A DNA stretch of 64,000 bases from the NCBI GenBank assembly GCA_964270895.1, contig OZ185435.1; one strand, 5' to 3'. The DNA is from Podarcis filfolensis. Lineage: Eukaryota. Positions 1 to 12,238 of the stretch are shown here, in pieces. How positions within the stretch are numbered: the first letter of the stretch is position 1; every line of letters begins with the position of its first letter. A program made the translations under genes and the position numbers. Below the pieces are notes generated by a model. It was not told the DNA's origin, ran no database searches, and saw nothing but the letters and a program-made list of their open reading frames with translations.

Positions 1-3000
1 CCAGCACAACAGGGCTTTTCTCCCCTTGCCTCCCCACAATTGGGTTTCCAGAAGAAGCCATAGAACAGTACATGGAGGGGATTGTTCCACGTTGCAAGCT
101 GAAATGCTTTCAGTGATGGAATGATTGCCATAGCACAACTTTGAATTCTTCCCTAGGGAAGAGGCTGAAGGTATACTTTGAATGGTGAGACTAGGAGAAG
201 ATGCATGGGATATGTATGCATTCTGTCGCTGGGACAAAGAGACTGTGAAACTGGTTGCATGAGACTGTTCAGTCCTTCATTCACTATTGCTCTGTGCTTG
301 TTCTTAAATGAAACATGATTCATTCTGTCACGCACCTGTATTCTCGTGGCAAGGCAGCAGCACTTAACATAAATATTGTGGTCACAGTTGTACAGGTTTG
401 TATATAGGTGTTAAGCTGCATTGTATTGTTTAAGTGTGCAAATATGTTAAGTTAGTAATTGCAAATTTAAATTAAAACGGGAGTATCTTTGGTGTGGCAC
501 ATCCTGTCTTATTATGATGGTAACTTAGAACCTGACATGCCTTTTACCTAGTCAGGTTCTGTTTTGTCAATGTCTTCCAGAGTCTGTCCAGCTTTGTAAT
601 TCTTGAGAGGGGAAGCTATTCATTCTGCAGATGGAATTTTATGCAGTGCTTGCCCATTAATCATTATGCACAATCTACATGTGGCGTTCCATGCCCTGTT
701 CTTCCAGCTGTTCCATCCGTGCAAACATTGCAGCTTACCAAATGGGACCCCACCCCCTTTCTCTCATGTGCTGTTGTGGAGGTGGTTCTGGCTCCCCAAT
801 TGGGGATAGGGAGAGGAGTGGGGAAAGCCCTGTTGCATGAGTGGAAGTCCACGTAAAGACCTCTGATAGGGCTGGTTTTATTTAAAGGTTTTGTACATGT
901 TGCAGAAAATGCTTTTTCCTGGCCCTGCCTGTACACTGCTACCATTTCTGAGCATTTTAATTTTAAAAATTCTTTAGAAGTTTTATATTCTTCACCTTTG
1001 TGTCATGCATGTACTTATCTACTTTCTGTATTTTTAAGTGCAAAACAGCAGCAGAGCTCTACCATATTGGTGCCTTGACATTAGGTATCTTTTAGAGGCT
1101 ATGTTCTTTGGAGGCCCATCTCTAGCCACTGTATTTTAAAAGGAATAATCTCAGGAAGCCACATTTGCTCTCTCCTCCTTCACAACCCCCTCCCCCAGCT
1201 TAGAAGCATGCTAGGCATACTGCTACTTGGGATCTATATAGTCAGAGCACTCCCCTCCCCACAGTCTTGTGGCTGATGGACTGCCTGGTATTAGAAAAAT
1301 CTGAAAAGCTGGGGCAGTAGCTAATTACCATATTAGCAAATGTGCTAGTTTTCCTGGTTTTATGTTATTTCATTCAGAGTGGCTGGGTTTGGATATAATG
1401 ATAAGCTGGCTTTTATTATAAAGGAAACGGGACTAGGCAAGCCTTGGGCTTCCATTTCCTTGCAACCACACCAGAGTGGTAGTGTTGGAAGGGACATGTT
1501 AAGACCAAAGCTCACCAAAATTCTTTCCAATGATGAAAAATTATGGTTATTGTTATGCCCCTCCCCCAACACTTGGAATTTTCCCCTCCCATCCAGTATT
1601 AGTTCAGTGTTGTGTTTCAGGCAGTAAACATTTTACATCAATTCAGTGTTAGGTAATTTCAGTTCAGTTTTTTAGGAATTAAATTTTAGTGTGGATATGT
1701 GTGTATTTGCAGTATTGTTGTTAGACTTTAAAAATAAGTATGCTATATGCCTATGCTGTGTATGAATTGGACAGTGGCTTGAACTGTTTTGTAGCTTGAA
1801 TTGTTTGTGGAGAAAGTAGCCAAAATAATTCCGCAATCATAGGATGTTTACATTTTTAAAGTATTTAAACTGCTTCCTAGTTTACTGCTGTTAGGAAGAG
1901 CCTATTTCCTTTAGAATCTAGACATTTTATTCTTGGTAGACTGAAGGGTCTGAAATATAGGGCTGACTAAGATGCCCCCAGCAAATTCTGCAACCTGGTG
2001 TATTAGTCAGAATTGTAACGTCTAGTCATTGCTAAACATTCAGATACAATCAGGGAACTTCCTGTAATTAATGAGGATGAGTGAGCTTATTTCATCTGTT
2101 GCTGAGAAGCTGCTTAAAATGCTTATAAAAGAGCGTAAAAATATAATTCCCCCCACTATTTAAATGCAGAATTTCTATTGATGGGGAAATAATTGCTTAT
2201 AAGGGCAGAAAGCTAATGGTGGAGGAAGAAGAACATTTATATGAACTACAGAGTTTGACCGTTTTGGAAAGGGGGAAATCATTTGTTGTTGTATGGCCCT
2301 CACTTTCTGTCTTTTAATGCTAAAAAGGTCAAATTTTCCTAACTATTTCTTCTCTAAAGAGCATATTTAATTTTAGAGCTCTATTTCAATTTAAAACTTA
2401 TTTGCTGTTCTTGACTCATTCATCCTCACACAACATGTGAAAATAAGACATTCACATCTCTATAGTTAAGCTGGGGGAACTTGAGCTGGAGAGTTATGCC
2501 CAAGTTCTGCTATTGAGCATGGCTGAGCCAGGGGAGTTGACCTTCTGTGTTCCTCTTGACAGCTGGACTATGCTGACTCAGTATTTGATCCTCTTGCACT
2601 GACCCAGTCAATTTTTGGAACCCTCACACTTACTCTTCACTCTTGGCTTTCTAGTTCACACAGTTTCATTTGCACAGTTCCTTTTGCTTCAATACGTAAG
2701 AGGGGATTAGTTTGTTGCTTGGATTCAATAGGTAGAGATATCGTAAGGCAAGGAGCTGCCTTCCGTTTTGTGGCTGTTGTGCATTGTTGGGAAGCTAGGT
2801 CACAGAGCCATGCATGTGAGTGTAGCTCTGTAAAAGCCTGGATGGCATGGAGCTCCTCCCCTTTACACGTGCAGATGCCAGGGGAAAGGCAGGCACGTGG
2901 CTTATGCTGAAACATTAGACTGAAAGCCCAACCCTTTTGCGTAAGTTGTTGACTGGGAGGACGTGGCTGCTGCTCTTGTAACTCCTAGTACACAAGCTGA

Positions 3001-3724
3001 GCAGGAAGCTGCTTTGGCTTTATATAAGCTAGCAACTTGGCTCTCTCACTGCCTCTTTAACTCTTCCCATTCTGGCTTTTGAGAGTCTTTAGTTATTTCT
3101 GTTCTGGAGGCTTTGTTTCACCAGAGAAAAGATCTGTTGCTTCAGGATCTTCTTAGCTAGATGTTAACTTCTTTAATACAGAGGGTTCCCTTTTAGAATT
3201 GTACAGTATAAAGCAACTAAATGAATGCAGATCGCTTGTGTGTTCAATCATAGCCTGAATCACTGGTGGGTGCCTGGATCAGAGACTGTCTGAACAGCAT
3301 GCTCAGGGTGTTGTATGACTTTCAGGAAACCATTCTGTTTTTCTGGGAAACTTAAAGCATCTTCATCTGCATTTCACACCCTGCAGAGGCATTTTGGGTT
3401 CAGCTTTAAGTTACATTGGTGGCATGACTGACGCTGAGAGCATAAACAATGTGGACTCCTAACCCACATATGAAATCATTATTTTAGTGGTGGTGATCTC
3501 TGCACAGTGTTTAGGCATTCTTAACCACACCAGTAAACTTCTTTTTAAGGCAGTTTTGCAGCTGTGATTGAAACTACCTAAGCATGAAACTTTCACAAAA
3601 AATAATTCTTTACAACAACCAAACCACAAGTTTGTGTTTCTCAGCCTCAGTTGGAACTAGAAAAGTGTCACCAGTATGCTGATGACACTTGACTCTGTCT
3701 CTCTTAAACAGCTGAATCAGGAAT

Positions 3725-5010
3725 GGCTGTGCAAGGCTTGGATTTGTGTCTGGACATGCAAGTGGACTGAATGGGGCCAGTAAGCTGAAGCTGAATCCTA
3801 ACAAGACATACATACCGTATGCAAGTGATTTCAGTGTCTGGGAGATAGGTCAGTTACCTGGCAGGATTGTGCTCACTTTGAAGAAGCAGGTTCATGTTGT
3901 TGTTGTTGTTGTTGTTTAGTCGTTTAGTCGTGTCCGACTCTTCGTGACCCCATGGACCAGAGCACACCAGGCACTCCTGTCTTCCACTGCCTCCCGCAGT
4001 TTGGTCAGACTCATGTTTGTGGCTTCGAGAACACTGTCCAACCATCTCGTCCTCCGTCGTCCCCTTCTCCTTGTGCCCTCCATCTTTCCCAACATCAGGG
4101 TCTTTTCCAGGGAGTCTTCTCTTCTCATGAGGTGGCCAAAGTATTGTAGCCTCAGCTTCAGGATCTGTCCTTCCAGTGACCACTCAGGGCTGATTTCCTT
4201 AAGAATGGATGCGTTTGATCTTCTTGCAGTCCATGGGACTCTCAAGAGTCTCCTCCAGCACCATAATTCAAAAGCATCCATTCTTCGGCGGTCAGCCTTC
4301 TTTATGGTCCAGCTCTCACTTCCATAGACAACTCCATGGACAAAGACAGCAGGTTCATAGTCTGGGGATATTCCTGGATCCATCATCATCACTTGAAACC
4401 CAGGTGTCCTCAGCGACCAACTTTGCCTTGTTAAACAAATGCAACTGTTCTAGGGGCAGAATAACTTGACCAAAGTCAGTCTTGTGTTGGTAACCTCAAG
4501 CCTTGATTACTGTCTGGGTCTGCATTCTGGCTTGGTCCAGAAGTTGCAGTTGGTGCAGAGAATGACACCTAGCCTGTTAACTGGAGTGACCTATTGGCAA
4601 TACAATAGCACCTGTGCACTGGGATCTGCACTGCCTGCCAATATGTTACTGGAACAGATTCAATGTTTTAGTTTTCTTTTTTAAATCCTTTAACAACTTT
4701 TGACCAAGATACCTGAGAAGTCTCCTTACCCCTTGAATACTGGTGCAGTCATCAGGGGACTGCTTCTTGTAGGGTTGCACATTCCCAAGGTCTGTTTTCT
4801 GGTGACATGGAGCAGGGTTTTTAGCGTAGCAGCCCCATGGTTGGGTATTGAGCTGCTGCTGACCCTTTTGGGATTTTGGCACCTGTTAAGGCATTTTTTA
4901 TTCCACCAGACTTGCCCAGAAGGATAATTCTAGTGTGCCAACTGTTAATTTAGGAACAGTATGATTTTATAGATTATTATTAATGTATTTATTTTGGTCT
5001 GGTACATTGC
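3725..5010 (+). mobile_element. Degraded L2-clade LINE 3' fragment, interrupted by a BovB insertion
   Basis: Residual RT C-terminal motifs (KLKLNPNKT, LGIFLDPSSSLETQVSS, LVTSSLDYC, QKLQLVQ) with stops and frameshifts. Confidence 0.75.
3896..4347 (-). mobile_element. 5'-truncated RTE-BovB LINE with (CAA)n tail
   Basis: Minus-strand peptide GSESWTIKKADRRRMDAFELWCWRRLLRVPWTARRSN...RWLDSV...HGVTKSRTRLND is the BovB C-terminus. (GTT)7 at 3896-3916; 11-bp TSD AGCAGGTTCAT at 3885-3895 and 4348-4358. Confidence 0.93.
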
Positions 5011-5072
5011 TCTTGTAGTGGGGTGGGGCTTCCAGGCCATAGATGTCATGAAGAAGAGTACTGAGGAATACT

Positions 5073-5935
5073 TAGAATCATAGAATTATAGAGTTACAAA
5101 GTACCCCGAGGGTCATCTAGTCCAACTCCCTGCAATGCAGGATTCTCAACTAAAGCAATCATGATAGATGGCCATCCAACCTCTGCTTAAAAACCACCAG
5201 TGAAGGAGAGCCCCAATCTCCGGAGTTCGTTCTGCTGTCGAACGGCTATTACTGTCAGAAAGTTCTTCTGAATGTTTAGTCGGAATCTTCTTTCTTGTAA
5301 CTTGAACCCATTGGCTTGTGTTCTATCTTCCAGAGCAGGAGAAAACAAGCTTACTCCCTCTTCAATGTGACTATCCTTTAGATATGGGAAGATGGCTCTC
5401 ATATCTCCTCTCAGTCTTCTCTTATCCCGGCTAAACATACCCAGCTTCCTCAACCGTTCCCAATAAAGCTTGGTTTCCAGACCCTTCAGCTTCTTGGTCG
5501 CCCCCCTCTGCACACATTCCAACTTGTACCCTTCTTAGATTCTGGTGCCCAGAAGTGGACACAGAACTCCGGGAGTACCCTTCTTAGATTCTGGTGCCCA
5601 GAAGTGGACACAGTACTCCGGGAGTGGCCTGACCAAGGTCAAATGGAGTGATATTATTACTTCCGTAGACCCTGAACACTAGACTTCTATTGCTGCAGCC
5701 TAGAATAGCATTAGCTTTTTTTGCTGCTGCATCACACTGTTGACTCATGTTAAGCTTATGGTCTACTAAGACCCCTAGATCCTTTTCACATGTTCCCCAT
5801 CTTATATTTGTGCAGCTAGTTCTGCCTGCCTAAGTGTAGAACCTTACATTTGCCCCTATTGAAATTCATTTTGTTAGTTTTGGCCCAGTTCTCCAATCTC
5901 TTAAGGTCATCCCAATTCTGTCTTCTGTGGCATTA
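5073..5935 (-). mobile_element. CR1 LINE 3' fragment
   Basis: Minus peptide ERLRKLGMFSRDKRRLRGDM...GFKLQERRFRLNIQKNFLTV, plus the CR1 tail (TTCTATGATTCTA on the minus strand). Confidence 0.9.
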
Positions 5936-6123
5936 GCTACTTGTTAGTGGCTAAAGCTGGAAATGTGAGAGAATAGGATTGCAGTGTCTGTTTTGTGAGT
6001 TTTAGCCCTCCCACAAAATATCTGAAAGAGTGACTAATCCTAAATGTATTGAGGGAAATGCTACTTCCGTACACAACTTATGGCAGCAAAACTTTTAAAA
6101 TTACTTCTTTCTCCAATCTGCAG

Positions 6124-6308
6124 GATAATTGAATTGAATGGGCATAAACCTCCGCTGACGTACAAGCGTTTCCAGGCCATCATTAGTCGCATGGACCTGC
6201 CCAAGAAGCCAGTTGCCACAGTTACAAATCAACAGATGGAGATATGCAGGACTGAGATCCAAGAAAATCATGACGAAACTTACGGCGTTCCATCCCTAGA
6301 GGAGCTTG
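6124..6308 (+). CDS. CRY2: Cryptochrome 2 exon 4 (185 nt; photolyase-homology region)
   Basis: Acceptor ctgcAG|G at 6122-6123, donor G|GTacg at 6309. Translates [30 protein letters not shown]...[10 protein letters not shown], matching vertebrate CRY2; 185 nt is the conserved exon-4 size. Confidence 0.97.
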
Positions 6309-7150
6309 GTACGTTGCAGAACTGCAGGACAGCTACACCAGCTTTCAATGGGCTTGGAACAGATGGACTGTAGTACTCTTCTTGCCTGGCCTGTTCTGGT
6401 TCTGTCTTTAGAAACAAATTTGAGATTATCAGTGCACCTTGGGAAAATCAGTGGATTAGCTGTGGATACTATGGGTACTATACCTTGTGTTAGGTCATTG
6501 TGATTATTTTTTACTGTAAGAAATTACTAATTACAGGCTGGTAATTGAAATAATTTATATATTGAAAATTGTGTGTCTAGAAAATAGAACATAGTCTTTC
6601 TTCTGTCCATGCTTTGTACCTTGGTTCCATACTAGTCCCCTAATATTGTTCCTAACCCAACTATGTCAGTCATTTCTTTATGAGCAGGCAGAAATCAGAT
6701 TGTTAATCTTTAACACACTAGATTGGACTGAAAATTTTGTTGCTAAGCAGGTTGTTTAAATTTAGAAATGAGCAAGTGGAAACGACTCCTCCATTATATC
6801 AGCTCTCTGGAAGTGCTCCAAGCTACATGGCTGTTGTTTTATTGAATTTTCTACACACTCTCTCTCTTCCCACCCCACTCCATTTCAGTTTGAGGGTTGG
6901 TTTTCAAGGGTTATAATCAATAGTTTTGCAGAAAAATAAGTACTTATGTTTTCCTAGGTTTTATAGCATATGCTGCAGGGGTGTGTACCTTATGAAAACC
7001 TTTATTCAAAGGTGCCCTCTGCTGGTTGTCAGTGGTCATTTCATGCTGTATAGTGCAGAACACATTTAGTTAATACACTGCACAAGATTGAATTAAAGCC
7101 ATATCTGTTGACTGAGTTCTATATTAACACCCTCTTCCATTCTCTTTCAG

Positions 7151-7239
7151 GCTTCCCCACTGAGGGTCTTGCTCCAGCTGTTTGGCAAGGAGGAGAGACT
7201 GAAGCATTAACTCGTCTGGATAAGCACCTGGAAAGAAAG
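7151..7239 (+). CDS. CRY2: Cryptochrome 2 exon 5 (89 nt)
   Basis: tctctttcAG|GC...AAG|GTaacc. (G)[29 protein letters not shown]; frame continuous with exon 4. Not in the ORF track. Confidence 0.97.
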
Positions 7240-7987
7240 GTAACCTTATAATCTGTATTGCAAAATAATGCATCAGGGAAGGAAGGGTGCCCTTTGCTGT
7301 GCTATTACCAGTGTATTAGGTGAATCTAGAAAAACCAATCTCTTTGCTGCTCTGGTGTCTGAGACGTGTTGCAAGCCAAAGGTTGTCTTAGTTTCTAATG
7401 CTTTCATCCTGCTGAAACTAATAATGAAATACCAAATCATTTCATACTTTCTTGCCTTAATCTAGATCTTACATGTTCTTTTCTTACTCTTGTAAATGCA
7501 TACACATTTTATATCCCAGTATTGTTGTCTGGTGTGCACCAATGAACTGTGATTGAAATAAAGTCAAGTTTGTGTACAGTCCACTTACATTTTCCTTTTT
7601 TTAATATTAGCCTATTATATACTTCAGTTTCTGACACACTGGTGTGGTGTCTGGTATATTGACCTATATCCCTTGCTTTCTTTGGTAGTGATTAATTGTA
7701 CTGGAAGAAAGCCAGCCTTAATGGACACTCTTAGTGGTGAATTCCCTTAACTAGTAACAGTCAGAGTTAGAAAGTTAGGAAAATAAAGTGTGGTACACAT
7801 GACACTGGCAAGTCTTGACAAGATGTGCCTCCCTGTTCTCCCCGTGCAAAGAAAAAAACAATTTGAAGGTCCCTGCAACTGGTAGATTGTTAGTAGCATC
7901 AAATAACACTTGTTTATAGAATTTCACAGAAGGTTGTTTTAAGGTCCATGACTGTTTTCTTTTCTCCCTTTACCTGAATCCTTCAAG

Positions 7988-8128
7988 GCATGGGTTGCGA
8001 ATTACGAGAGGCCAAGGATGAACGCCAATTCACTGTTGGCCAGTCCCACAGGGCTCAGCCCCTACCTTCGGTTTGGGTGCTTGTCTTGCCGCTTATTCTA
8101 CTACCGGCTCTGGGAACTATACAGAAAG
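7988..8128 (+). CDS. CRY2: Cryptochrome 2 exon 6 (141 nt)
   Basis: cttcaAG|GCA...AAG|GTaaga. [47 protein letters not shown]; the [10 protein letters not shown] signature is CRY2-type rather than CRY1-type. Confidence 0.97.
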
Positions 8129-9034
8129 GTAAGAATCAGAAAGAATCTTCCTTCAACAAGATATCTTAAGTCCGGGAATCAAAATGAATCTGAGCATTTA
8201 GTGAGATGTTAATTCTCTTCATGTCTCTAGTAGACCTTATATCTGTAATCATTTCCAACATCTTGACGTAGCCATTGAAATGTATTAATTTGCATTTCAA
8301 CCTCCTAGGTGTCTGCACTTCCCAGGGAATATTGGAATATCATAAGTTTGTTTATACTGCCTTACATGCATATTCCAAGGGCATCTTACAAAGGAACAGA
8401 CAAAATTATAAAAACAGCATAGGTCAGGAGATTATAATTGCATCTAAAAAGGTGTTTGCTTGGTGGCAAAAGGGCAATCAAGTGCGTGCCACCTGAATCC
8501 TTCTGTAGAGAGAAAACCACAATCAAAATGATAAGGTGATGGAGCAACTCCCCTGTGAGGAAAGGTTACAGCATTTGGAGGAAGAGGTTGCTGGATTAGA
8601 TAGCTATTGGCCAGGTCCAACAGGCTCTTCTTATAAGAGTATTCCACAGCTCGGATGTCATCACTAAGAAAACCTCTCTGCTGTTTTATAGCTGGGACTG
8701 ATTACAAAGGAATAACACATTGCTTGAGTTACATTTTTCTGAACGTATTTTCAGTAGATGGTTCCCTCACACTGGCTGCCTTAATTTTGCCCTTTTAAGG
8801 CCTTTCTGTGGATTTTGTATACAAGCAAAGTTTAAAGCAAATATTCTGACCTTAGGTAATTATTTTTAGTAAAGGTATGCTTGGGAACAGGTGTTTTAAA
8901 AGCTTACTGCCTTGATCTCGTAGTAGAAGTTTACTGAAGCTATAACCCTAATTAGAGTGCAGAATCTATTGGTATGTCAAAAAACTCTGATACTATCTTA
9001 TTGGTATATGTCTCTTTCTTCCTGTCATCTCTAG

Positions 9035-9346
9035 GTGAAGCGGAATAGCACTCCACCATTGTCGTTATATGGCCAGTTACTCTGGAGAGAATTTTTTTAT
9101 ACAGCTGCCACAAACAATCCCCAATTTGACCGTATGGAGGGGAACCCAATTTGTATTCAGATCCCATGGGACAGGAATCCTGAAGCCTTGGCAAAGTGGG
9201 CAGAAGGCAAGACAGGCTTCCCCTGGATTGATGCTATCATGACGCAATTGAGACAGGAGGGTTGGATTCATCACCTGGCCCGGCATGCTGTAGCCTGCTT
9301 TCTGACCAGAGGAGACCTTTGGATCAGCTGGGAGTCAGGCGTAAGG
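9035..9346 (+). CDS. CRY2: Cryptochrome 2 exon 7 (312 nt; FAD-binding domain)
   Basis: ctctAG|GTG...AGG|GTgagt. [22 protein letters not shown]...[28 protein letters not shown]. Confidence 0.98.
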
Positions 9347-9966
9347 GTGAGTAACGAAGAAAAGAGACAGAAAGTATATGTTGGCAGTAAAGAGCTGTGA
9401 AACAGCTCCACAGGCAGCACAGCACTACCATAGCTCACTGAAATGAGCCTCCCATTCTAAGGAACCTCTTGAAATGTAATATATGATAAGCACATTCGAT
9501 TCTTGGGATCTGTTGGAAAGTCCCTGAAATGCAGCATTATTATTACCCCACCCATCTGACTGGGTTGCCCCAGCCACTACTATATTAACATGGTAGTAAT
9601 CCTGTTCCATAAGAGCAAATACTGGAAACTTAAGTGACAATATCCCAGAAATCAAATTCAACTGGACTACCTGACAGTAGCATAGCTTTGTTTTTTGTTG
9701 CCATTGTGCATGGAGAACATAGCAGTGGTAACTTCAAATAGGAAAAAAATGTGCTTTTCCTGTCTGAGCAGGCAAGCTTCCACAAACTGTATCTTGCTGG
9801 CTAGTTTCTCTTATTTTTTTCATTCTCCCATGGTCTGGGTTCACTGAATATTACAAAATGATCAGTGATGTTGTAGGTGATAGTTGGCTTCACATCATCC
9901 CTGCCCCCTGTCACTGAGACTTTACTGAAGGACTTTCCTCACTGAGTTCACCCCTCTTTATTCCAG

Positions 9967-10118
9967 GTGTTTGATGAGCTGCTGCTAGATGCAGATTTCA
10001 GTGTGAATTCAGGCAGCTGGATGTGGCTTTCGTGCAGTGCTTTTTTCCAACAGTTCTTCCACTGCTACTGCCCTGTTGGTTTTGGACGTCGAACAGATCC
10101 CAGTGGTGACTTCATCAG
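9967..10118 (+). CDS. CRY2: Cryptochrome 2 exon 8 (152 nt)
   Basis: ttccAG|GTG...AG|GTgagc. [50 protein letters not shown](R). Confidence 0.97.
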
Positions 10119-10257
10119 GTGAGCAAAGTGTCCCGTTATGTCACTGGAGCTTGTCAGTTCAGTCAAGCTGCAGCCGAGGGAGAGATGGAAACACAATCAT
10201 TCCACTAGCTCTTCTGAGAGACTGGATACCACTGGTGTTTCCATTGTGGCTGGTCAT

Positions 10258-10325
10258 TAGAATCATAGAATTGTAGAGTTGGAAGGGATCCCAAGGGTCA
10301 TCTATCCAACCCCCTGCAATGCAGA
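10258..10325 (-). mobile_element. CR1 3'-terminal stub
   Basis: tagaatcatagaattgtagagttggaagggatcccaagggtcatct..., the same tail as at 5073. Confidence 0.75.
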
Positions 10326-10565
10326 ACTATTACATTTTTGTTTTTAGCTTGATGGTTTTCCTCTTCCCTCCTCATCCCCTTTTTGTGTGCTGTCTTTTAG
10401 TGATTATCTTGTTTTTATTGATCTTATGTAAGTTGCTCTCGGAGCCTTTTTGGCTGAAGAGTGAGGACAATGCTGAAAGTAAGATGCAGACCTGCCTCCT
10501 TTTGTGATTGGGGCAGTTGATTGTTTACAGTACTAAGTGAAGGTCTCACTCAATTTATGTTGCAG

Positions 10566-10768
10566 GCGATATCTTCCCAAGTTGAAAGGTTTTCCCTCAC
10601 GCTACATCTATGAGCCATGGAATGCTCCTGAGTCGGTGCAGAAGGCAGCAAAATGTATCATTGGGGTAGACTATCCCAAACCCATGGTGAACCATGCAGA
10701 GGCCAGCCGAATGAACATAGAGCGCATGAAACAGATCTACCAGCAGCTCTCACGCTACAGAGGCCTTT
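10566..10768 (+). CDS. CRY2: Cryptochrome 2 exon 9 (203 nt)
   Basis: tgcAG|G...T|GTaagt. [67 protein letters not shown] (includes the C-terminal coiled-coil helix). Confidence 0.97.
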
Positions 10769-12154
10769 GTAAGTACTGAGTACTACATAATACATTTGGG
10801 TTTTACTAAACCATCTAAGCTGATCAAATGTCATCTAGCCTTTACAAGGAAGAAATGGCTTCTACTAGGTGTTAGGGTTTGTGCTCCTAGCAGACCATGA
10901 ATCGCTCTGTAAGTAGTGTGTAATGTTTGAAAAATAGGAGACAGAACTTCTTCAGAACTGAAACCAAACACAAAGACACTTGGGGACCCATTATATGTAA
11001 CACACATTGGAATAGAGAGGCATAAGCAATGAAGAATTAAGATTCTGACTTTATGCTGTGACCACTGCTCATCACAATATAGCTGTAAGAGAAAACATAA
11101 AACACAACAATATAAACCAACTTGCATGACAATAAATAAAATGCCTAAGATACAGAATAAAAGATCCTTCCAGGAAAACAAAGGATATCATTAGTTGGTC
11201 ACTTTTACAGCTCACAGCTGTAAAGGTATCTGTAGATATCTACTGCAGCAAAGAAGGCCACTCTGAATATTATTAAACATACCTGTTTACAGGTAGAACA
11301 TATTTTGTAAGCGGACCAGCCCCTGTGAAGCACAAATAAACTATCTGGAGCTGTTACGAAGGAACCATATAAAACGTAAGGCTAAGTATATGATCAGAAT
11401 TGTGCAGCAAGTATTATAATATACCAGTGCTGGGATCTTGGTTACTCTCCTCATCAAATATTCTGCCAGCTTGACAGGCTTCCTATTATTACTATTACAT
11501 TTAAATAAAACTGCCCTCTAGCTGTAAACAGATGGTCTTGTAGCTGAAAATTAAACTGGAATGTTATGAATTGGATGCCTTTGGCAACTTAATGTTTAAG
11601 TGGCTTCTATTGTGATTAACTGTTAATTTCCAAAATAGGAAATCTTCATCTCATGTTTCATTGGATTAATATGTGGGATGGGAATTAGTGGCAGTGGAGT
11701 CTAGTGATTCTGCTCCTGCCTGCAAGACCGTTCCCTGGGAATGGCTTAGAGTTGCTGTCTGTTGGCCCCCTGACATTGTGCTGCGCCTTCAGATGTATAT
11801 ACAGACATGTTAAAAGAAGTTACATTCAGGAATCAACATTGCAGCACATGTAGATTCCCTGACACTTTATAGTAGTCTTTCTTCTTCCCTCAGTATCTTG
11901 GAACCCTGTTGCCTTTGCAATCAGACAAGCGTCCATAATCTTAATATTTCTCCACCTGCTGAAAACATTTCTAGACAATTAATTTGATTCTGTGTTGGTT
12001 AGTTGTTTTGTATTTCATGATGTTTTAATGCTTATATTGTATGTCACCATGATGCCTTTTACAGAAGTTGGCAGTTTTGGAGTAATGTACTAGTATAAAT
12101 CAGTAAATAATGAAAAGTTGCCTGTTCTTTAATGGAACCATTAACTTTTTGCAG

Positions 12155-12238
12155 GTTTATTGGCCTCTGTCCCTTCCAGCATGGAAGACCTCAGCGCCCC
12201 CGTCACAGACCCTTCTGCAAGCCAAGGTAGCTGCACAA
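12155..12238 (+). CDS. CRY2: Cryptochrome 2 exon 10 (84 nt; start of C-terminal tail)
   Basis: tttttgcAG|GT...A|GTgagt. (C)LLASVPSSMEDLSAPVTDPSASQGSCT; phase 1-1 fits exons 9 and 11. Confidence 0.93.

Noticed and set aside
3916-4392. 158-aa minus-strand ORF as a host gene
   Set aside because: It is the BovB retrotransposon C-terminus; its apparent N-terminus comes from flanking L2 sequence.
1-6123. CRY2 exons 1-3
   Set aside because: No sequence encoding the exon 3-type peptide (WGVTRLTFEYDSEP...HTLYDLD) was found; the window appears to start inside intron 3.
9035-9400. Track ORF starting with 'M' and ending VSNEEK...
   Set aside because: The start is a GTG (Val) at the exon 7 acceptor, and the part after 9346 is intron read-through.
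10424-10431. Perfect D-box TTATGTAA in CRY2 intron 8
   Set aside because: Lies in a repeat-tail-like stretch, isolated from other clock motifs; likely incidental.
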